Shown: piece by piece, positions 10,097-21,120 of the stretch
Layout: every line of letters starts with the position of its first letter
How positions within the stretch are numbered: the stretch's first letter is position 1
Assembly: GCA_963695225.1 (NCBI GenBank)
Contig: OY968762.1
Span: 2,915,521 to 2,979,520, forward strand
Reading direction: 5' to 3'
From: Vulcanimicrobiota bacterium
GTDB lineage: Bacteria; Vulcanimicrobiota; Vulcanimicrobiia; Vulcanimicrobiales; Vulcanimicrobiaceae
Length of the DNA: 64,000 nt
The notes under the pieces: generated by a model
What the model was told of the DNA's origin: nothing
The model's input: only the letters and a program-made list of their open reading frames with translations
Databases searched by the model: none
Made by a program: the position numbers and the translations under genes

Positions 10097-11404
10097 CTAC
10101 CAGTAGCGGAGCGCTCCGCGGAAAAGCTCTTCGAGTTCCGGCTCGGCGACGGGGAGCGGCGCGTTCGCGAGCAGGCGGCGCTGCGGCGCCGCGCCGTCGC
10201 GCAGCGCGGGGACGTCCGCCTCCCCGAAGCCGACCGCACCGACGCCGCCCGGCATCGCCGTCGCGCGCATCAGGGTCTCGATGCGCCGCGCCAGCACCTC
10301 GCCCGCATCGTCCGGCGCCGCGCCGCGAACGTCCGCGCCGAGGAGTTCGGCCGCGCGCAGGTGCCGCTCCGGGTTCGCCCGCGCCGTGAAGCGCACGACC
10401 GCGGGCGTGTTGACGATGACGGCCATCCCGTGCGGCACGATCGGCTCCTCCCCCGGATACTCCGGGGCGTGATACTCGCGCACGAGGCCGGCGACCGCGT
10501 ACGACATCGCGTGCGGGACGTGCACGCCCGCGTTGCCGAAGCCGATCCCGGCGAGCGTCGCCGCGTACATCATCCGTTCGCGCGCCGCGAAATCGAGCGG
10601 ATCGTTCACCGCGCGCACGATCGATTCGCCGAGGATGCGCAGCGCTTCGATGCACGCGAGATCGCTGAACGGGTTCGCGCCCTGCGACATCGGGCGCGCG
10701 GCCGGATTCGCGGGGCGCGCCCGCTGCGTGAACGGAAGCGCCGTATAGCTCTCGAGCGCGTGGCTGAGCACGTCGAAGCCGCTGCAGGCGACGACGGTCT
10801 TCGGCAAGCTCGCCGTGCAATCCGGATCGATGACGCCGAGCGTCGGGCGCAGGCGGCGCGAGGCGATCCCCGTCTTCACGCCGCGTTCGAGCAAGTCGAA
10901 GATCGCGATCCCCGTGACCTCGCTGCCCGTTCCGGACGTCGTGGGGCACGCGATGTGCGGGCGCAACGGGCCCGGGATGGGTTCGCCCCGGCCGATCGGC
11001 GCGTTGACGTAGGCCAGGAAATCGGCCGGATAGGTCGCGTACAGGTTCGCCGCCTTCGCCGTGTCGATCACCGACCCGCCGCCGACCGAGACGAAGCCGT
11101 CGATTCCGGCATCTCGCGCGAAGGCCGTCGCGGCCGCGAACGAAGCGTCCGTCGGTTCGACCCGCACTTCGTCGTAAAGCGCGACGTCCAGGTCCGCGGC
11201 GCGCAGCGAGGCCGTCACCGCCGCCGCCGGCTCCAGGCGGGCGAGCCGGGCGTCCGTGAAGAGCGCAACCCGGCGCATCCCGAGCGCGCGTGCCTCGGCC
11301 CCGACCTCCGCCAGGACCCCGCTTCCGTACTTGATTCGCGACGTATCGACTTCGAACGCCCGGTCCCCGGCGTCCGTGAAGGCATAGCCGTGGCAACAAA
11401 CCAT
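10097..11404 (-). CDS. hydroxyacid-oxoacid transhydrogenase (iron-containing alcohol dehydrogenase family)
   Basis: [45 protein letters not shown]. Confidence 0.88.
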   Translation of the reverse strand: MVCCHGYAFTDAGDRAFEVDTSRIKYGSGVLAEVGAEARALGMRRVALFTDARLARLEPAAAVTASLRAADLDVALYDEVRVEPTDASFAAATAFARDAGIDGFVSVGGGSVIDTAKAANLYATYPADFLAYVNAPIGRGEPIPGPLRPHIACPTTSGTGSEVTGIAIFDLLERGVKTGIASRRLRPTLGVIDPDCTASLPKTVVACSGFDVLSHALESYTALPFTQRARPANPAARPMSQGANPFSDLACIEALRILGESIVRAVNDPLDFAARERMMYAATLAGIGFGNAGVHVPHAMSYAVAGLVREYHAPEYPGEEPIVPHGMAVIVNTPAVVRFTARANPERHLRAAELLGADVRGAAPDDAGEVLARRIETLMRATAMPGGVGAVGFGEADVPALRDGAAPQRRLLANAPLPVAEPELEELFRGALRYW

Positions 11405-11488
11405 CCCGCCTGTTGCCCCTCGCACTCCCGCGAATCCTCGCGGCGAACAGAGGGGTCGGCCCGCGGAAGCGGCAAGAAGCGGGCAACC

Positions 11489-13075
11489 ATGCTGCTCGGC
11501 GCGATCGATATCGGGACCAACTCGATCCACCTGATCGTCGTCGAGCTCGATCCGCGTTTCGGGACGTCGCGGACGATCTTGAAGGCGCGAGAGATGGTCC
11601 GCCTCGGCGCGGGCGATGCGCTCGCGAAAGGGTATCTCGGGCGCAAGGCGATCGAGCGCGGCGTCGCGGCGATCGCGCGCTTCGCCGACGAGGCCCGCAA
11701 GGCGGGGGCGGTCGAGATCCGGGCCGTCGCGACCTCGGCCGTCCGTGAGGCGAAGAACCGCGGCGAGTTCGTCTCCGCGGTGCGCAGCGCTTGCGGCGTG
11801 AAGGTCGAGGTCCTCTCCGATCTCGACGAAGCGCGGTTGATCCACCTAGGCGTCAGCCGCGGGTTCCAAATCCCCGAGGGCGGCGTCTGCATCGTCGATA
11901 TCGGCGGCGGGTCGACGGAGCTGATCGTCGCCGACGAGGCGCGCCCGTACTTCCTGCACAGCGTGAAGCTCGGCAGCCTGCGGCTCTACGAAGAGTACCT
12001 GCGCGACGGCAAGAGCTCGGGGTATAGCGCGATGCGCAAGCGCGTCGCCGCGGCGCTCGACCCGCTCGCCGAACAGCTCGCGGAGTTCCAGTTCGAGACG
12101 GTCATCGGGACTTCGGGGACGATCATGGGGCTCGCTACGCTCGACGCGGCGCGCGCCGGGACGCCGGTCGAGCGGACGCACGGCTACCACCTCAAGCTCG
12201 ACCGCCTGCGCAAGCTCCAGGCGCAGATGCTCCGCATGGCGCCCGACGAGAGGCGGAAGATGCCGGGGATGAATCCGCGCCGCAGCGACATCATCGTCGC
12301 CGGGAACGCGATCCTCATGGAAACGCTCGAGGTCCTGGGGCGCGACGAGATCGTCGTTTGCGAGCGGGCGCTGAGGGAGGGGATCGTCGTCGATTTTCTC
12401 GAGCGCAACGTCGCGATCGCGCGCCGGCTCGGCGACGAGCGGACGCGCCGCTTCGACGCGATCCACGCGTTCGGGCGGCGCTTCGGGCACGACGGCGTGC
12501 ACGAGTCGCACGTGGCGAACCTCGCGCTCCAGCTCTTCGATCAGTTGCGCGAGGTGCACGCGCTGGAGCCGGCCGAGCGCGATCTCCTGTTCGCGGCGGC
12601 GCTGCTGCACGATATCGGGCGTTCGATCAACGAGAGCAGCCACCACAAACACGGGGCGTACATCGTCCGCAACGCGTCGCTCGAAGGCTGGCGCGCCGAC
12701 GAGATCGAGGCGATCGCGGTGCTCGTGCGCTATCACCGGCGCTCGCTTCCCAAGGCGACGCACCCGGAGTTCAGCGCCGCCGATGCGGCGCGCCGCAGGA
12801 AGATCGGGATCCTCGGCGGCATCCTGCGGATTGCCGACGGGTTGGATTCCAGGCACCTCGGGATCGTCTCCGGCGTCGACGTCAGCGCGTTCGGCGCGCG
12901 GCTGGAAATCGTCGCTTCCGCCGAGCAAGACGTGAGCGCGGAGGTGGCGAGCGCGCTCTACAAATCCGACATGCTGGCGCGGGCGCTCGGCATGCCGATC
13001 TCGATTCGCAGCACGGAAGCTGCGTTCGAGCGCGAAAGCGCCGGCGAGCGCGACCGAGTCGCGACGATAGGGTGA
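11489..13075 (+). CDS. ppx: exopolyphosphatase Ppx/GppA with HD domain
   Basis: [36 protein letters not shown]. Confidence 0.92.
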   Translation: MLLGAIDIGTNSIHLIVVELDPRFGTSRTILKAREMVRLGAGDALAKGYLGRKAIERGVAAIARFADEARKAGAVEIRAVATSAVREAKNRGEFVSAVRSACGVKVEVLSDLDEARLIHLGVSRGFQIPEGGVCIVDIGGGSTELIVADEARPYFLHSVKLGSLRLYEEYLRDGKSSGYSAMRKRVAAALDPLAEQLAEFQFETVIGTSGTIMGLATLDAARAGTPVERTHGYHLKLDRLRKLQAQMLRMAPDERRKMPGMNPRRSDIIVAGNAILMETLEVLGRDEIVVCERALREGIVVDFLERNVAIARRLGDERTRRFDAIHAFGRRFGHDGVHESHVANLALQLFDQLREVHALEPAERDLLFAAALLHDIGRSINESSHHKHGAYIVRNASLEGWRADEIEAIAVLVRYHRRSLPKATHPEFSAADAARRRKIGILGGILRIADGLDSRHLGIVSGVDVSAFGARLEIVASAEQDVSAEVASALYKSDMLARALGMPISIRSTEAAFERESAGERDRVATIG

Positions 13076-13076
13076 G

Positions 13077-13787
13077 ATGATAGAGCAGCAGGGGAACATC
13101 GGGGGCGCCAAGCGGATCCTCGTCGTCGACGACGAGTCCGCGATCTTGCAGACGCTCCGCTTCAATCTCGAACGCAGCGGCTACGAAGTCGTGACGGCCG
13201 GCGACGGCCGTTCCGCCGTTTCGCTCGCGCTGCGCGAGCAGCCCGACCTCGTGATACTCGACATCATGCTGCCGCTGCTCGACGGGGTCGACGCGTGCCG
13301 GGAGATTCGCAAGAGCAGCGACGTCCCGATCATGATGCTGACTGCGAAGGATCAGGAGATCGACAAGGTCCTCGCGCTCGAGATGGGCGCGGACGACTAC
13401 ATGACGAAACCCTTCTCGCTGCACGAGTTTCTCGCGCGCGTGAAGGCGCGGCTGCGCCGGCGCCGTTCGAAGGACGAATCCACGTCGGAGGTTCTCGAGG
13501 CGTCGGGGATCGTGCTCGACCCCGCGCGCCACTCGCTGACCGTCCGTGGACGGGACGTCGCGCTCGCTCCGAAGGAGTTCAGCCTGCTCCACGTTCTCAT
13601 GGAGAACCGCGGGCGCGTCGTCACGCGCCAGATGCTGCTCGACAAAGTCTGGGGCTACGATTTCGACGGGGAGCATCAGACCGTCAGCGTTCACGTCCGC
13701 TGGTTGCGCGAGAAGATCGAAGTCGATGCAAACAATCCGCGGCACATCGTGACCGTGCGCAGCCGCGGTTACATGTTCAAAGAGTGA
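13077..13787 (+). CDS. OmpR/PhoB-family response regulator (PhoP-like)
   Basis: ILVVDDE, LDIMLP, LTAK, GADDYMTKPF, winged helix; lies between ppx and pst. Confidence 0.92.
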   Translation: MIEQQGNIGGAKRILVVDDESAILQTLRFNLERSGYEVVTAGDGRSAVSLALREQPDLVILDIMLPLLDGVDACREIRKSSDVPIMMLTAKDQEIDKVLALEMGADDYMTKPFSLHEFLARVKARLRRRRSKDESTSEVLEASGIVLDPARHSLTVRGRDVALAPKEFSLLHVLMENRGRVVTRQMLLDKVWGYDFDGEHQTVSVHVRWLREKIEVDANNPRHIVTVRSRGYMFKE

Positions 13788-13797
13788 GCGGCACGCC

Positions 13798-14997
13798 GTG
13801 ACGTGGGCGCTCTACCTGGCCTGCATCGCGGTGGGACTGGGGATCGGCTTTCTCCTCGGCCGCGTTGCGAGCGGGGCGCGCCCCGCGGTCGCGCCGCAGC
13901 CGCCCCCGCCGCCGGGGCCGCCGCCGCGCACGCTGCCTGATCCCAAGGTCGAGGTCGCGCGCGTCGTCGACGCGCTCGCGATCGGCGTCATCTTCGTGGA
14001 TAGCCGCGGTTCGATCGCGCTCGTGAACGATGCGGCGCGCTCGATCTTCCGCATCAAGAACCCGAACGTCGTCGGCCGCTCGGTGATCGAAGTCGTGCCG
14101 TCCTTCGAGTTGGATCAGCGCGTGCGCGAGGCGATGCGCGGCGGAGCGTGGCGCGGCACGATTTCGCTCGCGGGGGCGGCTCCGGCCCGCCGCTTGATGG
14201 TCGCCGTCGTTCAGCGCGACGACCGGGAAGGCGTGGCCGTCCTCGCGAGCGACCAGACGCGCCTGCACGAATTGGAGCGAACGCGCAGCGAGTTCATCAC
14301 GAACGTGTCGCACGAGTTGCGCACGCCGCTCTCCTCGATGAAGCTGATGATCGAAACGCTCCTGGCGAGCGACGATCAGGAAGCGCGCGAGCTGTTCCTG
14401 CCGCAGATCCACAAGGAAGTCGACCGGATGGTGCGCCTCGTCGAGGAACTCCTCGAGCTCGCCCGCTCGGAATCCGGGCGCGTCGTGCTCAAACGAGAGC
14501 GCTTGGATTTCGCGGCCCTCGTCGAGGACGTCGTCAAGTCGTTCGAGGCGCGCGCGCAGACGCTCGGCGTGAAGCTCTCGTTCGAAGGGGCGCCGGCGTC
14601 GTTGGACGGAGACGCGCAACGCCTCACGCAAGTTGCGATCAACCTCATCGACAACGCGCTGCGGCACACGCCGGCCGGCGGGCTCGTCGAGGTCGCCGTG
14701 CGCAACGTGCCGCCGGACGTGCTCCTCGTCGTCCGCGATACGGGCGTCGGGATTCCGTACAAGGACCTGCCGCACATCTTCGACCGCTTCTACGTCGTCG
14801 ACCGGTCGCGGGCGCGCGAGTCGGCCGGCACAGGGCTCGGCCTCGCGATCGTGCGCCAGTTCGTCGAAGCGCACGACGGACGGGTGACGGCGGATTCGGA
14901 GCTGGGCGTCGGCTCGACGTTCCACTGCCGGTTCCCGGCGGCGATCCCCGCTAGTCCGGCGCTGGGATCGCCCGGCCGCGCCGGTACGCAAAGCTGA
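13798..14997 (+). CDS. PAS-domain sensor histidine kinase (PhoR-like)
   Basis: NVSHELRTPL, NLIDNA, DTGVGIP, FDRFYVVDRSR, GTGLGLAI. Confidence 0.92.
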   Translation: MTWALYLACIAVGLGIGFLLGRVASGARPAVAPQPPPPPGPPPRTLPDPKVEVARVVDALAIGVIFVDSRGSIALVNDAARSIFRIKNPNVVGRSVIEVVPSFELDQRVREAMRGGAWRGTISLAGAAPARRLMVAVVQRDDREGVAVLASDQTRLHELERTRSEFITNVSHELRTPLSSMKLMIETLLASDDQEARELFLPQIHKEVDRMVRLVEELLELARSESGRVVLKRERLDFAALVEDVVKSFEARAQTLGVKLSFEGAPASLDGDAQRLTQVAINLIDNALRHTPAGGLVEVAVRNVPPDVLLVVRDTGVGIPYKDLPHIFDRFYVVDRSRARESAGTGLGLAIVRQFVEAHDGRVTADSELGVGSTFHCRFPAAIPASPALGSPGRAGTQS

Positions 14998-16138
14998 ACG
15001 GCAGCGGCTTTCGCAGCGAGAGGATCGGCCGTTCGATGAAGTACGTGATCGCCGTCGAGATCGCGAGCGACGCCCCGACCCCGTAGAGCACGTAGACGGC
15101 TTGCCAGGCGGGATCGGCGTGCGGATCCGCCGTCGCGGGGGCCGGGATGCGATGGTTGAGCATCCAGATCTCGACGAGCGTGTGCCACAGGTAGAGGTTG
15201 TAGGAGATCAGCGAAAGGAAGACGAGCGCCGGATTTCCGATCGCCGCGCGCCACCAGAGGGCGGCGAAGCACGATGCGACCGTCATCGCGCCGGCGACGG
15301 CCGCGAGCAGCGTGCGGTGAACGAGTTCCCAGCGCGCATGCCCGTCCGGCAGAGAGAGCGAGTCGTTCGCCTGGCAGAGAAGCTGCCAGGCGGCGGCGAC
15401 GAGCCCGATCGCGAGCACGGTGGCGATCGCGCGGGTCCGAGGCGAATCGGGCACGCGGGCGCGCAGGTACACGAAGGCGTACGCCGCGAGCATGCCGCAG
15501 GCGAAGACGTCCAGGTACGCCGGGAGCTGCCGCATGACGGTCTCGCGCGCCAGGCAGCATCCGGCAAACGAGAGACGGTAAGCGAGGGCGGCGGCGGCCA
15601 TCAGCCCTGCGACGACGAGCGGCCGGCGCACGAAGGGCCGGATCAGGAACGGAAAGAGCACGTAGAACTGCACTTCCGGCGCGAGGCTCCAGAAGACGGA
15701 GTTCGTGTACCCGAGCCGGTCGTCGAAGGAATTGTTGAAGAAGAACGCATGGTTGAAGAGCGTGAAGCCGAGGTCCGCGACGTTGCTGAAGGTGGGAAGC
15801 GCGACGAGGGCCGTCGCGGTCAGCGCGAGCGCATAGGACGGGACGATCTTCGCGAAGCGCCGTTCGGCGAAGTCGCGGACCTCCGGAGCGCGCTTGCCTT
15901 CGAGATGCGCGCGCGCGTACGGGAAGCACAGGCAGAAACCGCTGATCAAGAAGAAGAGGTCGACGCCGAGGAAGCCCGTCCGGGGCACGACCCAGACGGG
16001 AACGGCGAAGCCGAACACCGTCAGGGACGGCGTCAACCACGAGAAAAGATAGGTGTGGAAGCTCAGGACGAGCAGGACCGCGAGGCCGCGGAGCCCGTCG
16101 ACGACTTCCGTACCGCTCGAGGCGTGCAGGCGGAGCAC
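14951..16138 (-). CDS. acyltransferase 3 (OafA/YrhL-like membrane O-acyltransferase)
   Basis: DGLRGLAVLLVLSFH, GVDLFFLISGF, WSLAPEVQFY, ISYNLYLWH. Confidence 0.9.
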   Translation of the reverse strand: MLRLHASSGTEVVDGLRGLAVLLVLSFHTYLFSWLTPSLTVFGFAVPVWVVPRTGFLGVDLFFLISGFCLCFPYARAHLEGKRAPEVRDFAERRFAKIVPSYALALTATALVALPTFSNVADLGFTLFNHAFFFNNSFDDRLGYTNSVFWSLAPEVQFYVLFPFLIRPFVRRPLVVAGLMAAAALAYRLSFAGCCLARETVMRQLPAYLDVFACGMLAAYAFVYLRARVPDSPRTRAIATVLAIGLVAAAWQLLCQANDSLSLPDGHARWELVHRTLLAAVAGAMTVASCFAALWWRAAIGNPALVFLSLISYNLYLWHTLVEIWMLNHRIPAPATADPHADPAWQAVYVLYGVGASLAISTAITYFIERPILSLRKPLPFSFAYRRGRAIPAPD

Positions 16139-16177
16139 TTCTTCCGTTATCGGCGGATGCGCGGGGGCTCCCCTGCA

Positions 16178-16217
16178 ACCTTAAGGGCTCTTAATCTTGG
16201 GTTAAGTCTCCGTTAGG
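16178..16217. promoter_or_regulatory. putative Pho-box-like direct repeats
   Basis: TTAA/TTAA/TTAA/TTAG at 16181, 16191, 16202, 16213 (10-11 bp period) in an AT-rich patch between divergent acyltransferase and pstS. Confidence 0.5.
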
Positions 16218-16503
16218 GTCCGTTTGCCATCATGAGTCGCGGTGAGCACATTTCGTCCTGTCACCGGGCGGATCGGCCGCACGACCCTCTTCACATCGAA
16301 GGTAGTCGACGCGGGCGATTTTTTCTGCTGCCTCGACCTCTCGCAAACGCGTGGACTCGAGGCCCGGTGACGCGCCTCGAGTGATGCTCCCCGTCGTTTC
16401 GGACTCTCGCTTTCGCGCGGCGCGAACCCCGGAGGTGCGTGGCGTGAAACGGAGCTCGAGCGGCGATCTCTCCGCTGCACCGTCGAAAGGTAGTCTCCCC
16501 ACA

Positions 16504-17547
16504 ATGAGTTCCCAAATGACCCGAAAAGGAATGCTCGCCGCCGCGGGCGCCGCGCTGTTCACGATCGGCGCAGGCGTGCTCCCGGCGCTCGCCGCCACCC
16601 AGCTCACGGGCGCCGGCGCGACCTTCCCGTATCCGTTCTTCTCGAAAGCGTTCTACGAGTATAGTGCGAAGCACGCCGACGTCACGGTCAACTATCAATC
16701 GATCGGCAGCGGCGGCGGCATCCAGCAGTTCATCGCGAAGACCGTCGACTTCGGCGCCTCCGACGTTCCCATGAACGCGGACGAACTCAAGCGTGCGGGC
16801 GAAGCGGTCGTCCAGTTCCCGACGACGCTCGGCGGCGTGGCGATCGCCTACAATCTGCCGGATCTCAAGGGCGAGCTCAAGCTCTCGCGCCAGGTGCTCG
16901 CCGACATCTACCTCGGTAAGATCGCGAAGTGGAACGATGCGGCGATTGCCAAACTGAACAAGGGCACGGCGCTTCCGGACCTGCCGATCGTCGTCGTCCA
17001 CCGTTCCGACGGGTCGGGCACCTCGTACATCTTCACCGACTTCCTGAGCCACGTCTCCGACGAGTGGAAGGCGAAGGTCGGCACGGGGAAGAGCGTTCAG
17101 TGGCCGGCTCCCAGCAGCGTCGGCGGCAAGGGCAACGAAGGCGTTGCCGGACAGGTCAAGCAGACCCCGGGCTCGATCGGCTACGTCGAACTCGCCTACG
17201 TCGTCGAGAACAAGATGGCCCAAGCGTTGCTCGAGAACAAGGCCGGCAAGTTCCTCCCCTGCTCGGCTGACGGCGTCCAGGCCGCGGCCGCTTCGAAGGC
17301 CAACGTTTCCGCGACGGACTTCTCGATCGTCGACGCGGCAGGAAACGGGGCGTACCCGATCGCCGGCTATTCGTGGGCGTTCGTGTACCAGGAACCCAAG
17401 GACAAGGCGCGCGCCAAGCTCGCCGTCGATGCGCTCGAATGGCTCGTCACCGACGGCCAGCCGATCGCAGGCGGCCTGAACTACGTGCCGCTTCCGACGA
17501 ACGTCCGCGAGTTCTCGAAGAAGGCGCTCGACCAGGTCAAGCTCTAA
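16504..17547 (+). CDS. pstS: phosphate ABC transporter substrate-binding protein
   Basis: LTGAGATFPYP, YQSIGSGGG, DFGASD, HRSDGSGTS, IGYVE. Confidence 0.95.
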   Translation: MSSQMTRKGMLAAAGAALFTIGAGVLPALAATQLTGAGATFPYPFFSKAFYEYSAKHADVTVNYQSIGSGGGIQQFIAKTVDFGASDVPMNADELKRAGEAVVQFPTTLGGVAIAYNLPDLKGELKLSRQVLADIYLGKIAKWNDAAIAKLNKGTALPDLPIVVVHRSDGSGTSYIFTDFLSHVSDEWKAKVGTGKSVQWPAPSSVGGKGNEGVAGQVKQTPGSIGYVELAYVVENKMAQALLENKAGKFLPCSADGVQAAAASKANVSATDFSIVDAAGNGAYPIAGYSWAFVYQEPKDKARAKLAVDALEWLVTDGQPIAGGLNYVPLPTNVREFSKKALDQVKL

Positions 17548-17626
17548 GTACCACCAGGCTCCGATACGTGGCCGAGGGGCGCGCGGTGCGCGCTCCTCGG
17601 CCGCTTCTTCCAGGGGATGCATCAAG

Positions 17627-18607
17627 TTGGAAAACGCGCCGCCAGACGCTCGGCATATCAGGGCGAACCTGATCTCCGAGGCCTCCCTCTCGCGCGCTCG
17701 CCAGGCTGATCGTACGTTCGGGTGGGCGGTTTACGCCTCGTCGGTGCTCTTCGTCCTTTTGGTCGTCGGCATCTTCATCGAACTGCTCCAGGGCTCGTGG
17801 CTGTCGATCGGCAAATTCGGCCTCGCCTTCCTCTGGACTAGCCAATGGAATCCCGTTACCGATCAATTCGGCGCCTTGCCGCTGATTTACGGTACCGTCG
17901 TCAGTTCCACGATAGCCATCATCATCGCCGCCGGGGTCGGAATCTTCGCCGCGGCGTTCCTCGCCGATTTCGCGCCGAAGGCCGTGGCGCAGCCGCTCCA
18001 GTTCATGATCGAACTGCTCGCAGCGGTCCCCAGCGTCGTGTTCGGCCTGTGGGGACTCTTCGTTCTCGCGCCCCTCATCCGCGAGTACATCGGGCCGTTC
18101 TTGCAAAAGACGCTCGGCTTTCTCCCGATCTTCCAGGGAACGATCTATGGGACGTCGCTGTTCACGGCGGGCATCATTCTCGCCGTCATGATCGTCCCGA
18201 CCGTCACCGCGATCTCGCGCGACGTGATCGAGGCGATCCCGAACGATCTGCGCGAAGGGTCCGCGTCCCTCGGCGCGACGCGCTGGGAAACGATGCAGAA
18301 GGTCGTGCTGCCGGCGGCAAAATCCGGCATCTTCGGAGCTTGCATCCTTGCACTCGGGCGGGCGCTCGGCGAAACGATCGCAGCCACGATGGTGATCGGC
18401 AACCGGCCGGAGATCGTCGCCTCGCTGTTCTCCCCGTCCTACACGCTGCCGAGCGTCATCGCGAACGAATTCACCGAAGCGACCTCGGAAGTTTACCTCA
18501 GCGCGCTGCTCGAACTCGGCCTCGTCCTCTTCGTGGTCAGCATGATCGTCAACGGCGCCGCCCGCTTCCTGACGATGACCGTCATGAAGCCGTCGGGAGG
18601 TCGCTGA
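17627..18607 (+). CDS. pstC: phosphate ABC transporter permease
   Basis: ELLAAVPSVVFGLWG, LGRALGETIA. Confidence 0.95.
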   Translation: MENAPPDARHIRANLISEASLSRARQADRTFGWAVYASSVLFVLLVVGIFIELLQGSWLSIGKFGLAFLWTSQWNPVTDQFGALPLIYGTVVSSTIAIIIAAGVGIFAAAFLADFAPKAVAQPLQFMIELLAAVPSVVFGLWGLFVLAPLIREYIGPFLQKTLGFLPIFQGTIYGTSLFTAGIILAVMIVPTVTAISRDVIEAIPNDLREGSASLGATRWETMQKVVLPAAKSGIFGACILALGRALGETIAATMVIGNRPEIVASLFSPSYTLPSVIANEFTEATSEVYLSALLELGLVLFVVSMIVNGAARFLTMTVMKPSGGR

Positions 18608-18608
18608 T

Positions 18609-19502
18609 ATGGCGGCGAGAACTAGCGTCGCTGAAAGCGCTGTCGTGATGCAAACCGACGATCTCAACTGGCGGCTAAGAAAGGTTTGGAGCACGGCCGG
18701 CGTCGCCGTGGCCGCTTTTTGCGCCAGCCTGGCCGCTGCCACGCTGCTTCTGATCCTCGCCTACGTCACGATCAAAGGGATCGGAGCGCTGAACCCCGCG
18801 TTCTTCATCGAACTCCCGCGGCCGGTCGGCGTGACCGGCGGCGGCGTCGCGAACGGCATCGTGGGCAGCGCGATCATGGTCGGGATCGCGGCGCTGATCG
18901 CCACGCCGATCGGCGTCTTGACGGGGATCTTCCTCGCGCTCTTCGGCCGCGGCGCCGTCGCCGAAGGCGTCCGCTTCCTGGCCGACGTGCTCTCGGGCGT
19001 GCCGAGCATCGCGATCGGCCTGTTTGCGTACACGATCTTCGTCGCTCCCGTGAAACACTTTTCGGCGTTCTCCGCTTCGTTCGCGTTCGCGATCCTGATG
19101 CTGCCGCTCGTGATCCGCACCTCGGAAGAAGCGATTCGAAGCGTTCCGACGGCCGTACGCGAAGGCGCGCTGGCCTTGGGAATGTCCGTGTACTCCACGA
19201 CCGTTCGCGTGGTGCTCCCCGCGGCGCGCGCCGGGATCGCGACGGGGCTGTTGCTCTCGGTCGCACGCGTGACGGGCGAGACGGCGCCGCTCCTATTCAC
19301 GGCGTTCGGCAGCCAGTTCTGGGAACTCGACCCGAACAAGCCGATGGCCGAGCTTTCGCTGCAGATATTCACGTATGCGATCTCGCCCTACGAAGATTGG
19401 CACCGGCAAGCGTGGGCGGGCGCGCTCATCCTGATCACCGTCGTCTTCGTGCTGAACCTGGTCGCACGCATCGCCCTTCGCCCGCGAACGAACTCCAAGT
19501 GA
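18609..19502 (+). CDS. pstA: phosphate ABC transporter permease
   Basis: GVPSIAIGLF, ARVTGETAPLLFT. Confidence 0.95.
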   Translation: MAARTSVAESAVVMQTDDLNWRLRKVWSTAGVAVAAFCASLAAATLLLILAYVTIKGIGALNPAFFIELPRPVGVTGGGVANGIVGSAIMVGIAALIATPIGVLTGIFLALFGRGAVAEGVRFLADVLSGVPSIAIGLFAYTIFVAPVKHFSAFSASFAFAILMLPLVIRTSEEAIRSVPTAVREGALALGMSVYSTTVRVVLPAARAGIATGLLLSVARVTGETAPLLFTAFGSQFWELDPNKPMAELSLQIFTYAISPYEDWHRQAWAGALILITVVFVLNLVARIALRPRTNSK

Positions 19503-20329
19503 GCGGTCCGATTGGGTCGACGATCCCCGATTCGAGCGGCCCGGCGGCCGGCGCCGGGCCATCGCTCTCCACCGAGAATCTTTCGGCGCTCTATGCGAAG
19601 CGCCGCGCGATCGAAGGAGTGAATCTCGCATTCCCTCCCAACCAGATCACGGCGCTCATCGGCCCCTCGGGTTGCGGCAAGACGACGCTCCTGCGTTGCC
19701 TCAATCGCATTCACGAAGCTTCGCCGGGGGCGACCGTGGAAGGCAAGGTCATCCTCGACGGCCGGAACATCTACGATCCCGAAATGAGCCCGGTCGCCGT
19801 TCGCCGGCGCATCGGGATGGTTTTCCAGCGGGCGAACCCGTTTCCGACGATGACGATCCTCGACGACGTCGTGTCCGGCCTGCGATACTCCGCCGGCGTG
19901 ACCGCGAAGAACGAACTCGCGGAACGCGCCGAACAAGTCTTACGGCTCGCGGCGTTGTGGGACGAGGTCAAGGATAAGCTCTCGAATCCGGGGCGCTCGC
20001 TCTCGGGCGGTCAACAACAGCGCCTCTGCATCGCGCGCGCGCTCGCGACGGATCCGGAGATCCTATTGATGGACGAAGCGACCTCCGCGCTCGATCCCAT
20101 CGCCACGGCGCAGATCGAAGACCTCATGTCGACGCTTTCGTCGCGTTACACGATCGTCGCGGTGACGCACAACATGCAGCAGGCCGCGCGCGTCTCGAAC
20201 TTCACAGCGTTGATGCTCGCGGGCGAAGACCGGATCGGCCGCCTCGTCGAGTTCGGCTCGACGACGCAAATCTTCACGCGTCCGAAGGATCAACGGACGG
20301 AAGGCTATATTACGGGTCGATTCGGATGA
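19499..20329 (+). CDS. pstB: phosphate ABC transporter ATPase, first copy
   Basis: [46 protein letters not shown] start overlapping pstA stop. Confidence 0.92.
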   Translation: MSGPIGSTIPDSSGPAAGAGPSLSTENLSALYAKRRAIEGVNLAFPPNQITALIGPSGCGKTTLLRCLNRIHEASPGATVEGKVILDGRNIYDPEMSPVAVRRRIGMVFQRANPFPTMTILDDVVSGLRYSAGVTAKNELAERAEQVLRLAALWDEVKDKLSNPGRSLSGGQQQRLCIARALATDPEILLMDEATSALDPIATAQIEDLMSTLSSRYTIVAVTHNMQQAARVSNFTALMLAGEDRIGRLVEFGSTTQIFTRPKDQRTEGYITGRFG

Positions 20330-21108
20330 TGAACGCCACTGAGAAGCCCGCGCTGGGCGACAAGATGCGCATCGACGGACTCAACGTCTTCTACGGCTCC
20401 TTCCACGCGCTCAAGAACGCCGCGCTGAATGTCCCCACGAATCAAGTGACGGCCTTGATCGGCCCTTCGGGCTGCGGGAAATCGACGTTCTTGCGGGCGC
20501 TCAATCGCATGCACGATCTGACTCCCGGCGCGCGCGTGACGGGCAAGGTCATCCTCGACGATACCGACGTCTACGCGCCCTCGATGGACCCGGTTACGAT
20601 CCGCCATCGCATCGGGATGGTCTTCCAGCGGCCGAATCCGTTCCCGCAATCGATCTTCGCGAACGTCACGTACGGCCCGCGGCTCATGGGCGAGAAGGAT
20701 CAGAAGAAGCTCGACGAGATCTGCGAACGCGCGCTGCGCCGGGCGGCGCTCTGGGATGAGGTCAAAGACCGCCTCCATCGCTCCGCCACCGGGCTTTCCG
20801 GCGGGCAGCAGCAGCGCTTGTGCATCGCTCGCGTGATCGCGGTGCAGCCCGAGGTGATCTTGATGGACGAGCCGGCCTCCGCGCTCGACCCCATCGCGAC
20901 CGCGAAGATCGAAGACCTGATCTCCGAGATCAAGAAGGAGTACACGGTCATCATCGTCACGCACTCGATGCAGCAGGCGGCGCGCGTATCCGACTTGACG
21001 GCCTTCTTCCTGCTCGGCGACTTGGTCGAAGTCGGCGAGACGGCGCAAGTCTTCACGCGCCCGCGCGACAAACGCACCGAGGACTACATCACGGGGCGGT
21101 TCGGCTAG
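20326..21108 (+). CDS. pstB: phosphate ABC transporter ATPase, second copy
   Basis: [41 protein letters not shown]. Confidence 0.95.
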   Translation: MMNATEKPALGDKMRIDGLNVFYGSFHALKNAALNVPTNQVTALIGPSGCGKSTFLRALNRMHDLTPGARVTGKVILDDTDVYAPSMDPVTIRHRIGMVFQRPNPFPQSIFANVTYGPRLMGEKDQKKLDEICERALRRAALWDEVKDRLHRSATGLSGGQQQRLCIARVIAVQPEVILMDEPASALDPIATAKIEDLISEIKKEYTVIIVTHSMQQAARVSDLTAFFLLGDLVEVGETAQVFTRPRDKRTEDYITGRFG

Positions 21109-21120
21109 GGTTCTCGCGGC

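Noticed and set aside
16232..16384. 50-codon ORF in the pstS leader
   Set aside because: No RBS or recognisable features
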